Origin: Candidatus Omnitrophota bacterium
GTDB taxonomy: Bacteria; Omnitrophota; Omnitrophia; Omnitrophales; Aquincolibacteriaceae
Reading direction: 5' to 3'
NCBI GenBank assembly: GCA_043718225.1
Contig: JAYSWD010000022.1
Span: 327 to 64,326 of the forward strand
DNA: 64,000 bases
Below the pieces are notes generated by a model. It made no database searches. It worked only from the letters and a program-made list of their open reading frames with translations, and had not been told where the DNA came from. The position numbers and the translations under genes are program-made. The stretch's first letter is position 1. Each line of letters begins with the position of its first letter. Shown here in pieces: positions 11,201 to 23,200 of this stretch.

Positions 11201-14200
11201 GACGGCCGGATCAGAAAGGCACGAGAGGATTTAGCCGCTCTTTTCGCAAACGAACGCGCGCAAATTGAACGATTGCGCGCGCAAAGCGCCGCTTCAGCCG
11301 AAGATGCGCAGCAAGCGGCCCAAACCATTTTCAATGCCGCGGCCAATGCGCTTGAACATCTTGGCGGTTCTTTTAGCCGTGGAAAGGCAGACGTTGTGCT
11401 CGCCGTTTTACGTGAAATAAAGATGAAGGTGCTGGCCGGTCATTTGGCAAACGCCGAGCGGGCGGGGCATGAGCTTGATCGTCCCAATTTGCCGCAAATC
11501 ATCGCGATTCAAAATCTTCAAAACCAGCTGGATGCGTTGCTTGAGGGCGGTCAGTCGGCTTTGACTTTATGGAAATTGATCCAACGGATTACTTTGACCG
11601 CGAACAATCTTTTGCGGACGGGAGATCGAACTACTGCCGTACTAAGCGCTGCCGCGTGGTTACGTTTTGAGACATTTAAATTGGAAGCCGACGCAATCAA
11701 CGCACAAGTGCGTAGCCCGACCGCCGCGCAGGTGCTGCCCCATTACATTCAAACCGGGACACAGCTGTTGGTAATTATGCAGCAAGACGCGCAGCGTCTC
11801 GCCGACAATCGGGATTTAGACCAATATGAAGGACTCTTTCGCGGCTTTGCTGCCGCTATTTCGGGCTGGAGCAGTTTTTGGCGTGTTCATCAAATGCGGC
11901 AAATCGTGGTGCAACTTGAGAATGGCCGGACATGGTTGACCGAATTGTTAAACGCTTCGGAGGCTGCTTTCGGAGACCGGCAATTAGCGTCCAATTTCGC
12001 GCAAAGAAGGGATGCACTGCGGGAAAAAATCGAAAACCGTTTGAGAGCGGTAAACCGATGGCTTAAGTTTTTGGCGCTGTTTATGCCAAAAAGAGAAGCG
12101 CAATTCCCAGTTATTTTGAAAAAGCGACCAGTCTCAATTGCCGAAGATATAAATCAAACAATTCCGCAGCCGGCTGAACTAGTAACCCCATTCGTGCCTG
12201 CCGCCGCAGCCGGAAATAAAGATGAATTCATAGCTTCGCCGGCAACACTGGCTGGAGTCATCGGCGATGATGCTCTGCCGGTGGCTTCCTCGCCTGCGCG
12301 GGCATCAGCGCCGGTAGCGAAAAGTTCACCAACTTTACGGCACCCAGATTGGCGCGTGTTGAGCGGAATTGCCGCAGCGGTAGCTGTTGTTGCCGCTGTA
12401 TGGCTGATCCCTTCGCTTCAGCACAGAAGTAAAGATATCAAAGCACCGTCCGCGGTTTTGACGGCAACGTCAGAAACTCAAAATCCGGAAGCAAATGCTA
12501 CAAACGAGAACAATCCCCGTATGGGCATTCGATTCACACAGACAGCACCGCAACCAGCGCAATCACCGGCCGCTGAGCCTGCAGGTTTTGCTGCAAGCAA
12601 TACTGTTGCGTCCAATGCCGCCGATCGACAAACCGGCAGTGCAGTTGCCGGCAAAACCGGTGAGGAAAATTCGTTTAGCATCGGAAGATTTTGGATCAAT
12701 ATTTTTTGGAAACTTGGCGTGCTACTTATTATTGTTGGAGCCGCATCCTTATTAAGATTGAGGCGCGCAAAGCCGCAAACGGCGAAGCGTGTTGTCTCTG
12801 GCACGGCAGCGATTCAACCGCCAGCAGATTCAGGCTTAACTAAAGCCGGAACGATTGCGGAGGCCGCGAATATTTTTCCTCAATTGCCCGTTAAAGCGTC
12901 AAAGACTGCACCTGCGATAGGGGAACCACAGTCGAACCCCGTAGCGAAGAAGAACGCGCCGCTTTTATTGACGGCAGGAGCGGGTGGAATAACGGGCGCG
13001 GTAGAAAATACTTCCGATGCTTGGATGCAAATTTTTGAGCAACAGGTTCTACCGCTTATTCTTTCTGGCAATAATTCCGCGCCTTTACTTTTAATGCCGG
13101 GTGCGTCAAATGAGGCATCGGCAGCATTGGGATTTGCGCTTAATACCGGTTTCCAAGGTTCTTCAACGTTTACACATGGTCATGTCCCGCAAAATAATCC
13201 GCTACAAAACCGCACCGCGGATAATTCAGGAGATATCTTGGCGCAACAAATTGACGCGTTTTTGAGAGCCGGCAGAAAAGAGCCGAGTCAATCAAACGCC
13301 CCTGAAAGTTTTTGGCCGCAAGCCATCCAATTTTTGTCAGGTAAACCAGCCGCTTCGCCATCTGATCCGATGTTTTTAACCGAACGGCCAGCGCCTCTTT
13401 TACTTACAGCGGGTCCTATCGGGAGGATAGCTGAGACAGTTATCACCGTTCAAGCCGAACGGTTTAATCAAAATTGGGAAGAAGTGGAAAAATGGCAGAT
13501 GCGACAGCCAAAACCGGAATCGATTGAAGCAGAAACGGAAACAACCGGTTTTTCCGAAGCGGACATTTTTAACAACATGAAGCCGAGTCGTTTGGCTTGG
13601 CAGAAAAAATCAAAACCGCGGACCAGAATCGTGCCTGGCGAAATGCCCGAACAACCGTTTGAACATATCAGCAGACAGGCACAAACCGGTGTCGGAGGAA
13701 TTTCATCTGCCGCCGCTACCGGTTTAAGCGCAGCTTTAGTTACGGACACGGCTTCGGAACAGGACATAACCGGTGAAACGGCAGTAAGCCCACGTACCCA
13801 TTGGCGGGACAATCATTCTAGGACAATCACGAATGCCGAAAAAAAAGATCATGTTAAATTAACGCATAAAGATTGGCGCGCTGCCAAAAAAGTATTGCGC
13901 CAACCGGTTGTGGGGCTGGTAGACACTGAGCGTCAAATAATCGAGCAAACAATACATCGAGAGCTTGCGGCAGCCGCGAAAGCGCAAGACGCCGTTACGG
14001 CGCAGAAAGCTATCAGCACGGCGCTGGCGTTGGTACCGGCCGTATCCGCTCATTTATGGCCCGTTATTATGATGGAATTAAACCGGGCCGATGCGGCGGT
14101 GTCGAAACGTTTCGGAACACCGTTGATGCTTACTGACCGCGAACGCCAAGTCGCAACGGACGAAAACGTTGCAAGCACGGTAGTTGAACAGCCTGGTTCA

Positions 14201-17200
14201 ATGGATGAGCAATTAAAGGACACAGCGGCAGAGGAAATCAAATTACAGCCGGTCAGAATAGCTGTTTCGGAAGAAGCCGAACCCGCCAAAACGGCGCGGC
14301 CTAAAATTATCCTTACAGGTTCAATTGCAGCGCTGCTTCCGCCGGTAGTCTCTGCTGCAACGGGAAAAAGGCCTAAAAAAGCGCAATTGCGGAAAGGTAA
14401 ATCCACCGCACCTAAAATGCAAACTGCCGGCGCACGCGTAGCAGTGACGGAAATGCCGGGGGTAGACTCAGCGGTGCCGATTATTACAGCCGGTCCTGTA
14501 GCTCCCACGGCAATTATTTTGGAAAGCGATTTATTTACAGCTCAGCCGGCAGACGATGAATCCAACGAGGTCGGTATTTTTGCAGAAATAAAAGCCCAGA
14601 GGCTTATTGCGACAAGAAGATTAATGCTTAATGACCTAAGCGTTTCGCCCGCAGTGCGCGCTCAGGCAGCAACCCAAATTCCTGCCGCCGCCTTTGCCAG
14701 GGATACACTTTTACCCAAACTTTTGGAAAGACTTATTGAGCAATTGCTGCCTGATTCTGGCGAACGTTTGCTGCTTGAGAATAGACAGCGGGAAGCGCGC
14801 GCGCTAGCGGCTGATCCGGCCGAATTAGACGTTCAAAGCGAAGATGCCGTTGCACCTGTCAAAACCAAGCGGCCTAAATTTATTCTCACAGGTTCAATCG
14901 CCGCATTGCTTCCACGGTCCGTGCGCGTTACAACCGACGCGACACCCGCGAGCGAACAGACAGTCGAATTTTTTACAGAAAATTCCGTCTCCGATGCCGT
15001 TCAGCCGGTTGCAGTTACATCTGATCTTGATGTCCAATTACCCCAGGCCGGCGCAACAGCTGCAGAAATTGCGACGGTTGTGCCGCCTTCGGTTTCCAAC
15101 CCGGAATTTATTTTGGCCGGACCCATTGCGGTTCCTTCATTGAAACTATCGGCGCATAATTTTTATTTTGTTCCCGTCGGCTTCTATGATTTGGGAACAA
15201 GATTAGCTGCGGCCGCCACCGGCGGAGTCATTGCCGGAACCGCCGTCGTTATGGAGGAGAAAGGATCTTCAACCGAAAAACCTGCCGATTCAAAAAAGCC
15301 TTTTGTTTTATCGCCTAATGATTTGGAACAAGATTTGTTTACATCGCCGACGAGAGATAATGAATATCAATTTGCTCAATCTGCCGATTTCTTGGGTGCC
15401 TTGGTCCGCAAAGGAATGCCTTCTAATCTTGTGCGGGGGAATTTTAGTGCTGCACCGAATTCGCCGGCGGGAGAGGATGAATCCGCTCAAACCGGTGGAA
15501 CAGACAGAGTGATTGTCTATCCGGACATGCACGCAGCAGCCGCGCAAACAGAAGAATCGCCCGAGACTGCAGGTTTGGATGCTGAACAGGAAGATGGCGG
15601 CAAAGCTGCGGTAAGTCCCGTTCCTGCTGCCGCAGCGCAAAAAGGCCGCGGCCGAAAATGGATTTTGCCCGCAAGCATCGCCGCCGGGCTGACACTGGCC
15701 GCCGGCCTGGCTGTTTGGAGTTTTATTTTACCGGCGCGGGTTCCCACTCTCGCTAAAGTTACTCAATCCACAGAGGAAAGCGATGAAGACAAAAAACTTG
15801 TGGAAATGATTAACGGTCAAATTCCAAAAATTTCAGCTGCTGTTAAAGACTTGCAAGCCAATTTCGTTGAATTGGATACACAAATATCAAAAGGTAAAAA
15901 AACGATAGGCCAAATTGAAAAACTCACGGAACAAGTGCAAGCCGAGCTGGCTCGGCTGGAAAAAATGCCGGACAAAATCAAAACTAACGAATGGAAAGCA
16001 CAGCTGAAGAGCAAGTTTGGCCTTTTAGAGAGGCGTCAAGAAGACCTCACGCAGAATGTTAATGTTTCAGAAACCCAACTGGCAGCGCTAAAGAAACAGC
16101 GTGATGCTTGGAATATACAAATCGAAATGTTCAAAACAATCATCGAAATGAAACCCGGAGACCGGCCAAGGGCTTTACAGCAATTGCAATTTGCTTATCT
16201 CAATTTACAGCGCGCGCGCGATTTTCACGATCGACAGCCCAGGTATTTGCCGGCTACTTTCAGTCCCGAGTCAAACCAGAGTAGCAATTCGCCGAATGAG
16301 AAGTTTGAAAAACTTTTAGGGGAATTTAAAGAATTAAAAATTGCGCTGGGCAAAGCTGAAGAAGTTCGCAAAAAAGCGTTGCAGGACATGCTGGAAAGAA
16401 ATCAGCGGGCCTTAGAGAACCTCGCGCAATCCGGAGAAGCGGCTCAGGGGGCAATTATTGAAACGGAAATATATTTGGCCAGCCTGAAGCAAATCAGTTT
16501 TTCCAAGCCACTAGCATTGTGGACATCTTCTACTACAGTAACGGATCCGGCGGCTCATGAAAAAATAAATATCGCACCTGAAAACCCGGAAGTTAATATC
16601 GCAACTCATCCGCCGGTGCTTGATATGCCGCCGACAAATCTTTCCGAACCTTTAAAGCCGAGCGTAGCGTCCGCGCCTTTGCCCGAAACGACAGCTTTGC
16701 CGGAAATGGGTGGAGAAGAACAATTGATGCTTCAAGCTTTGCCCCCGGCACAGCCGGCATCGACGGCGCCTTTTGCTTCCGGCACAGGAGTTGATTTGCA
16801 TGGGCCAACTAACGTGGATGCTGAACTGGCAAAACCCGCAGTTGCTCTATCAATGCCATCTTCCACGGTTGCGGCTCCGTCCGCCGCGCCGGCTGCTGCC
16901 TTGGAAACCCAATCTGCTTCGCCATCCGCACAAACCGATTCATCGGCCGCAGTCAATTCCGGCGGACAAACTAATACCGGCCGCGGGATACCTGTCGTGC
17001 CGGTTGCCGTGACGATAGCTCCACTAGCTCCATTTTTAATCAGCGGCACGCTTTGGGGGATAATGGGAGCATTGGCAGTTCTGATGCTTGCTTTCAGCGG
17101 ATGGCTTTTATTGCGCTTGCGTCCAAAAACTGTTTCTGCCGTTCCTTCGTCCGTTGCGGCTCCATCCGCCGCGCCGGGGGTAGGCTGGCGCTTTTCTTGG

Positions 17201-20200
17201 TTTAGAAAATCCGCGCCTAAACCGTTACAGCCCGCGCCAACAGCGGTGCCGCCAAAGACGGGAATAGCAGCACCGGGGCCCGCTCGAACAGCGCCTGCAA
17301 CTAAGAAAACCAGTGCGTTGCCGGCAAAACTAAATACTGCACCGCCTGCTTCTGCGGTTCTGCCCGTCAAAAAGGCTAAAACAGGTGCCGATGTGAAAAA
17401 TCCAATTCCGACTCCTACACCGGGAGCTTCGACGACAAATATTGTGTCCCCGCCATCAGCAGCTTCTTTGGGTCCGCCGGAAAGGCAGACTGCCGCAGCG
17501 GCCGGTCATTCAGAGACTTCTCCGCCGCCGGGAAAATCCGCTGATGCAAAAAATACAGATGATTCACCGCCGATACCGGTCGTGCCTTCTGGCGCGAAAG
17601 AAAAAGCCTCTGCTGTACCTGCAATTGCAGTACCCATTCCGGTAGTTTTGCCTGATGTAGCCGCAACGAGTCATGCCGCAGAAGAAAAGCCTGCGAATGC
17701 CGGCACGAATGCTTCGCATCCAGCTGAAACACACGCTTTAAAACCGGCTTCGGCTGATTCAATTTTGTCTCCGGTGCGTTTTAGACTACCCCGGTGGGTT
17801 ACGCCCGTTGCAGCGGCCGCGGGAATTGTTGCCGGATTATTTTTATTACACAAAACGCATCAAGAAAAATCGGGGGCCGGATCCAAAACCGCAATGACAT
17901 TGCCGGCAAAAGATTCCACGCCTGAAACAGAGGTGCAACTTCGCGACGATTCGCTTCCTGCAAATGTGGCCTCACCGGCGCCTGCTGCAACTGGTAATCA
18001 AAACTTGGCGGCAACACCGCAGCCGCCAACCATGGTTTTGGCCGAAGTGAATCTCAATGATTTGACGCTACGACCGGTGCCTGTATCGCCAATAACTTTT
18101 ACTTTCGGTTCAGCACGTCCCACGGCGGATATGACAAATATATTCGCACCCGCGCCTAAAATGTCGCCGTTCGATTTTTCCGAACCTTTTGTACCGGCGG
18201 CGCTAGCTTTGAATTTGCCTGATACAACGAACCTTCATTTGCCGGAAATAAGTTTTGATCATTTAACTCCGTACACTACGCCTTTATCGCCAATGCCCTT
18301 TGCTTTTGATGTGGCACGTCCCGCGGCGGACATGACAAATATATTCGCTTCCGCGCCTGAAATGTTGCCGCTCGACTTCTTCGCACCTTCTGCGACGACT
18401 GCGTTAGCTCTGAATTTGCCTGACACAACAAATTTGAATTTACCGAAAGTTAATTTCGATGATTTGACCTTGCGACCGGTGCCTGTATTGCCAATAACAT
18501 TTACTCTCGGCTTGGCACGTCCCGCTGCGGATATGACAAATATATTCGCTCCCGTGCCTGAAATGTTGCCGCTTGACTTCTTCGCACCTTCTGCGACGAC
18601 TGCGTTAACTCTGAATTTGCCTGACACAACAAATTTGAATTTGCCGAAAGTGAATCTCGATGATTTAAACCCTTTGCTGAAACCAACGGATGCTGGTTTG
18701 CCGGGAGTCGTTTTTCCGTCTGAGACTATGTTGAGCTCGACGCAACCGCAAGCAACACCCGGTGTTGTTCCGGAAACACCGGGTGTTGCAGGTTTAGAAG
18801 TTGCGTCTGCCCTTGTGCTTAATTCACCTACCGTGCCGCAACCTGAAAGCATGATAACGTTAACGGTGCCCGAAATGTCGCGATTTGCTTTTTCTGCCGA
18901 ACGGATTGAATTGGGTCTGACACCCGTGCCTTTGCTCAAGTTAACGGATGCTGGTTTGCCGAGGGAAGTGAATCCTCCTGACAACTTAACGTCGGGCGCT
19001 GCACCGGCTAGTGCTGTAAAAGTGAAACCGCCTTTCAGGGCGACGGTGTCTGTATTGCCGGTCCCAGTTGCGATAAAATTCGCATTAACGCCGCCGGGGC
19101 AAAGGTCCGAAAATTTACCGGCTGCTCCCGATTCCCAAATCACTAGTGCCCAAACAGAAAAAAAGAACGCTTCGCATGCGGCAGTATCGCAGTCACCCCA
19201 GGAAAGGGGGGGCTCTACGGTCGTTGCAACCCCAAAAGAAAGCAATCAGTCCGCGGAAGCAGAAGCAACAAAAGTGCAGAAGCCGGCTGTGACAGTTAAA
19301 GCAGCGGACAAATCCGTAATCGCTGAAAAAGTAAAATCGCCTGCCGGAGGCAAAACAGAAAAATCAAAAACGCAGGGTCAAGCTAAAGCGGGAAAAAACG
19401 CTCAGCCAAAAATAGAAATCAAAAGAGCGCTGCTCACACGTGCTTTGCAAGAAAACAGCCAAGGCTTGGATGTCTTTGCCGCGGAAGCAGCTTTGCAGGC
19501 ATTAAATCCGGCCAACACCCGGCTTATAGGTGAGGCCGATGGTGATTTTGATGGACGTTTGGCACGTGCCTCGGATACTTTCGCGCATAATTGGAATCTT
19601 GAGCATCCGGGGCAACCGCGTTTGATTTTAAACGGCCGCATTGAACCACAAAAGTTTGCCAGGATATGGGAAAGTTTGACGCCGCAGCAAGTGCATGCTT
19701 TGCAAGCAAAAGTTGATAATCAAAATTATGATCATGTAAAAGGCGGCGAAGCAGTGAAACAGGCGCGGGCGGCGCACAATAAAATCGCCAAGACGGAATC
19801 AATGCCCGCAGCCAAAATGATTGCGGCGGTTTCAACGGTTGGGGATATTACGAATACCGGACACGCTGAAGAGATGTTTGCCGCAAGCGGTGATGATACG
19901 AATACTGCGAAAAAATCATTGCAAACGGAACCCGACTCGAAAGAAACGGCAAGCACGCCTTCTGCATCTCAGGTTCCCGCACCGTCTACCGTTGTGAAAA
20001 CTGATCCGGTTTCGCCGCCCGCTGCAGCTTCCGCTGTGGGAGTTCAAAAAGAAGCAACGCCAGCTAAAGTTGCCGCAGGTCCGATTGCACCAAAACCCAC
20101 ATTGACCCAGCCGGTGCAGCATACGCTTCCCAAGGTGGGTGAAAAAGTAATTACGGCGGCAAAACCAGGGGTTTCGCAGCATGTCACCGGAAAAACGGCG

Positions 20201-23200
20201 AAAGCGAGTTCGTCGCCGCAGAAAATTTTACAGGCGCGGCTGACGCGTACTATTAATCCCGGCGATAAAGGACTCGATGTTTATAGCATTCAAGCATTTT
20301 TTTATACGCAAAGCGATTTTTACCGGAACTTAGTGGGTAAGCCGACGGGCAAAGCCGATCAACAGTTCAAGAAGACGGTTCTCACCTGGAAAACAAATTG
20401 GAACCGCACCAATCTTCGTCCCGGCAAAAAACCGCTGGAGATGACTCCTTCTCTTGATCAAGCAACTTACGCGACAATCCGCAGAAGTTTGGATGATACA
20501 CAAGTTTATAAAATGAACCAGCTGTATGCGCGTGAAAATTGGAAAGCGATTCCGGGCGGTATGCATGTTATCCGTGCCTTGAAAAAAAGGAATCAAGAAA
20601 AAGCACATACTGTAAGCTCTGCCGTGAAATTGGCGGCCGATTCAACAGTCGGGGATATTACGAATACCGGAAACGATGAAGTATTGTTTGCCGCAAGCGA
20701 CGACGATGTGAACTCTCAGGAAGAGACCGTGCAAACGGCGACCGATTTGGATGAGCCAGTATTCATAGCTCAAAATACCGTTTCAGTCGAGTTAACACCG
20801 GCTGCTGATTTGCCTGTTGCGCCGGAAGCGCCGATTGTTATGGATGCACCTGGCCATTCAACGGCAGCTGCGGCGCTATCTGCGCCTGCCCTTGCGTTTA
20901 ATTTACAGACCGTGCCGCAATCTGAAAGCACGGTCAAGTTACCGGTGGCCAAAAAGCCGCAGTTGGCTTTTTCTGCCGCGCCAGTAGAACCGGGCCTGTC
21001 GCCAACGGATGTTGGTTTGCCAAAGGGAGTGAATAATCCACCTGACAACTCAGCGTCGGGCGCTGCACCGTCAATGCCATCAGCCCCGGCGACACAAGAA
21101 GTTCCCACGCCTGCGCCAGCGATTGACAGCACGCCTTCGACACCTGAAATGCCCGCTGCTGCGCCATCAGCGACAATTACGCCGTCACCTAATTTTGCAC
21201 CGCTAGTTGTAAGCACGCCTTCTGTGCCTAAAACACCGGCGGTTGTGACGTCTATCACGCCAACAGCACCGGCACCGGCAGCTAAAAGTCTTGCTCCCGT
21301 ACTTCAACCGCCGGCAAACGAAATGTCGCCAACAAATACTCCGGCCGGCACGGCAGTCGATTCCGGCATCGGGCAATTCCAAACTCTTTTGCCGGAAGCG
21401 TCACGGGATCAAGCGGTTTCCGGAAATTTAACGGAGGCGCATCCCATTCCCAGAAATATGCCGCAAGTTCTCGATTCCGACCACGAGACCACGCCACATG
21501 AACTTGCGGCGCCGACCGCAAATCAGCCGCGGCCGGATATCGCGGCGGCCTATGTGCCGAAAGAAGAAAAAGCGCATGTTCAGGCAGCGACCGCGATGAC
21601 CAATGCAATTAACGAGTTAATTGCTAAAGGAGAACTCCCCTTGATGGCAAGCAATGGTTCGGGGGGGCAGCGCATGTCGCCGTCTGCCCGTCGGCACCTT
21701 GGCGACTTGCTGAAAGATTCACGGCGGGTTAAGGGCGATAAAAAATCTCCGAGTAATAAACCTAAAGCAGATAGTAAATCTGCAGATAATAAAAAAGCGA
21801 ATAATAAATCTAAGGCAAAAACGGTCAAAGTAGAAAAAAAGACAACGATTGTCACAAAGAATAAAGTTGGAAAGAATAAAACCGCAAATAATGGCATCAA
21901 AGATTATTCCCTGGTTACTCCCAACATGCGCGGCGCTCTTTTGGAGCATGTCCCGTTTCCGCCACAGTATTTCAAGCGCACAGTGGGCGGCACCCGCATT
22001 AATGCATCGCGCGACGGCGGAAAACGGGTTCATAACGGCCGTGACGGAGTTATGCCCATCGGCGTCCCGCTGTTTGCATCATTAAAAAATCCGTGGATAC
22101 GCTATGCGGGAACCATGGGTGGATACGGAAATATAGTTATCATTCGTGGTTGGGGTTTGGATGGTAAATTACGTGATTTTCCTCGTGGGCATGTCGGTAA
22201 AATGAAATTTTTAACGAATAATCAATTCGTTCCTTTTGCCCGGGCTCAACATGTCAAATCCAGTACGGTCGTAGCCTATTCTGGAAGATCAGGTATTAAA
22301 AATGACGCACCGCATACGCATGACGAATCATGGCTCGTAAAAGGCGGAGTGAACGGCGAAGGATGGCGTCTCGGATCAACCGGGCGTGATTTCCGCCTAG
22401 AGAACATTGATTGGATTTATGAAAATGCCGTGGATTGGAATGGCAAAGGTGGGTATGCTTCCAATAGTTTAGAAGCAAAAAAAGAAACAATAGGCCGCGG
22501 TTTTAGAAATGCGGGAATAGTTGGAATAGCTGCCGCCGGATTTATTGCCACGGCTCCGGCCGAAAAAAATGCTGCGAAAAATGTCAATTCGCGGGCGCCG
22601 GCGACGGATATTCTCGATCAAGCGCTGGCAGCTGCCGGTCTATCGATCCCAAGTTCTTCCCAAGCAGCGCCTGCCCGTGCGGCAAAAATTATTGCAGGTT
22701 TGAATGTGCGCGATTTGACGGCACATATTCCTTTTATTGCGCCTGTCCCCGATGCGCGTGGTTTCGGGATTAATCCCGCAAGCCCGCCCGCATTTCATCC
22801 CGCCAACTCTAAAGAAGAAGTGTCTTATAAAATTGCGCTCAAAGTAAATGCCGGATTGGCCATGCAAGCATTGCAAGATGCCTTGCGACAGAACAATTTA
22901 ACTTGGCCGAGACCGGGAACTCCTGAACGCAAGGCTCTTGTAAAAATATTCCTTCAAATGCCGCAGGAGGCGAAACCGGTTAGCCAGCAAAGCTCATTCG
23001 CGCAAGCCGATGCCGAGCAACGCCGGCGAGTGGCAACCCAAATTTTCTCCGCTTTGAAGTCCGCAAGCTCTTCACAGGCCTCAAGCACAAATTTGTGGCC
23101 CGCGTTAGCAAGGCTTAACAATTTGCCCGAAACCGCTGTTTTCAAGCCGCACAAAGCCGGTCTTTCCAAGACAAGTGTTTTCAAAGGTAAAAAGACTATC

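Noticed and set aside
18047-18680. The tandem repeats might be a CRISPR array or satellite.
   Set aside because: The units are directly adjacent with no spacers, are exactly 201 nt (a multiple of 3), and are read in frame within the giant ORF. There are no cas genes.
18259-19245. A 328-aa minus-strand ORF, and similar ones at 16732..17370, 14050..14508 and 20770..21258, inside the giant gene.
   Set aside because: They lie antisense to a 22-kb stop-free frame, in repeat-rich and compositionally biased sequence. They have low-complexity G/A/S/T/K-rich translations with no motifs. They are typical shadow ORFs.
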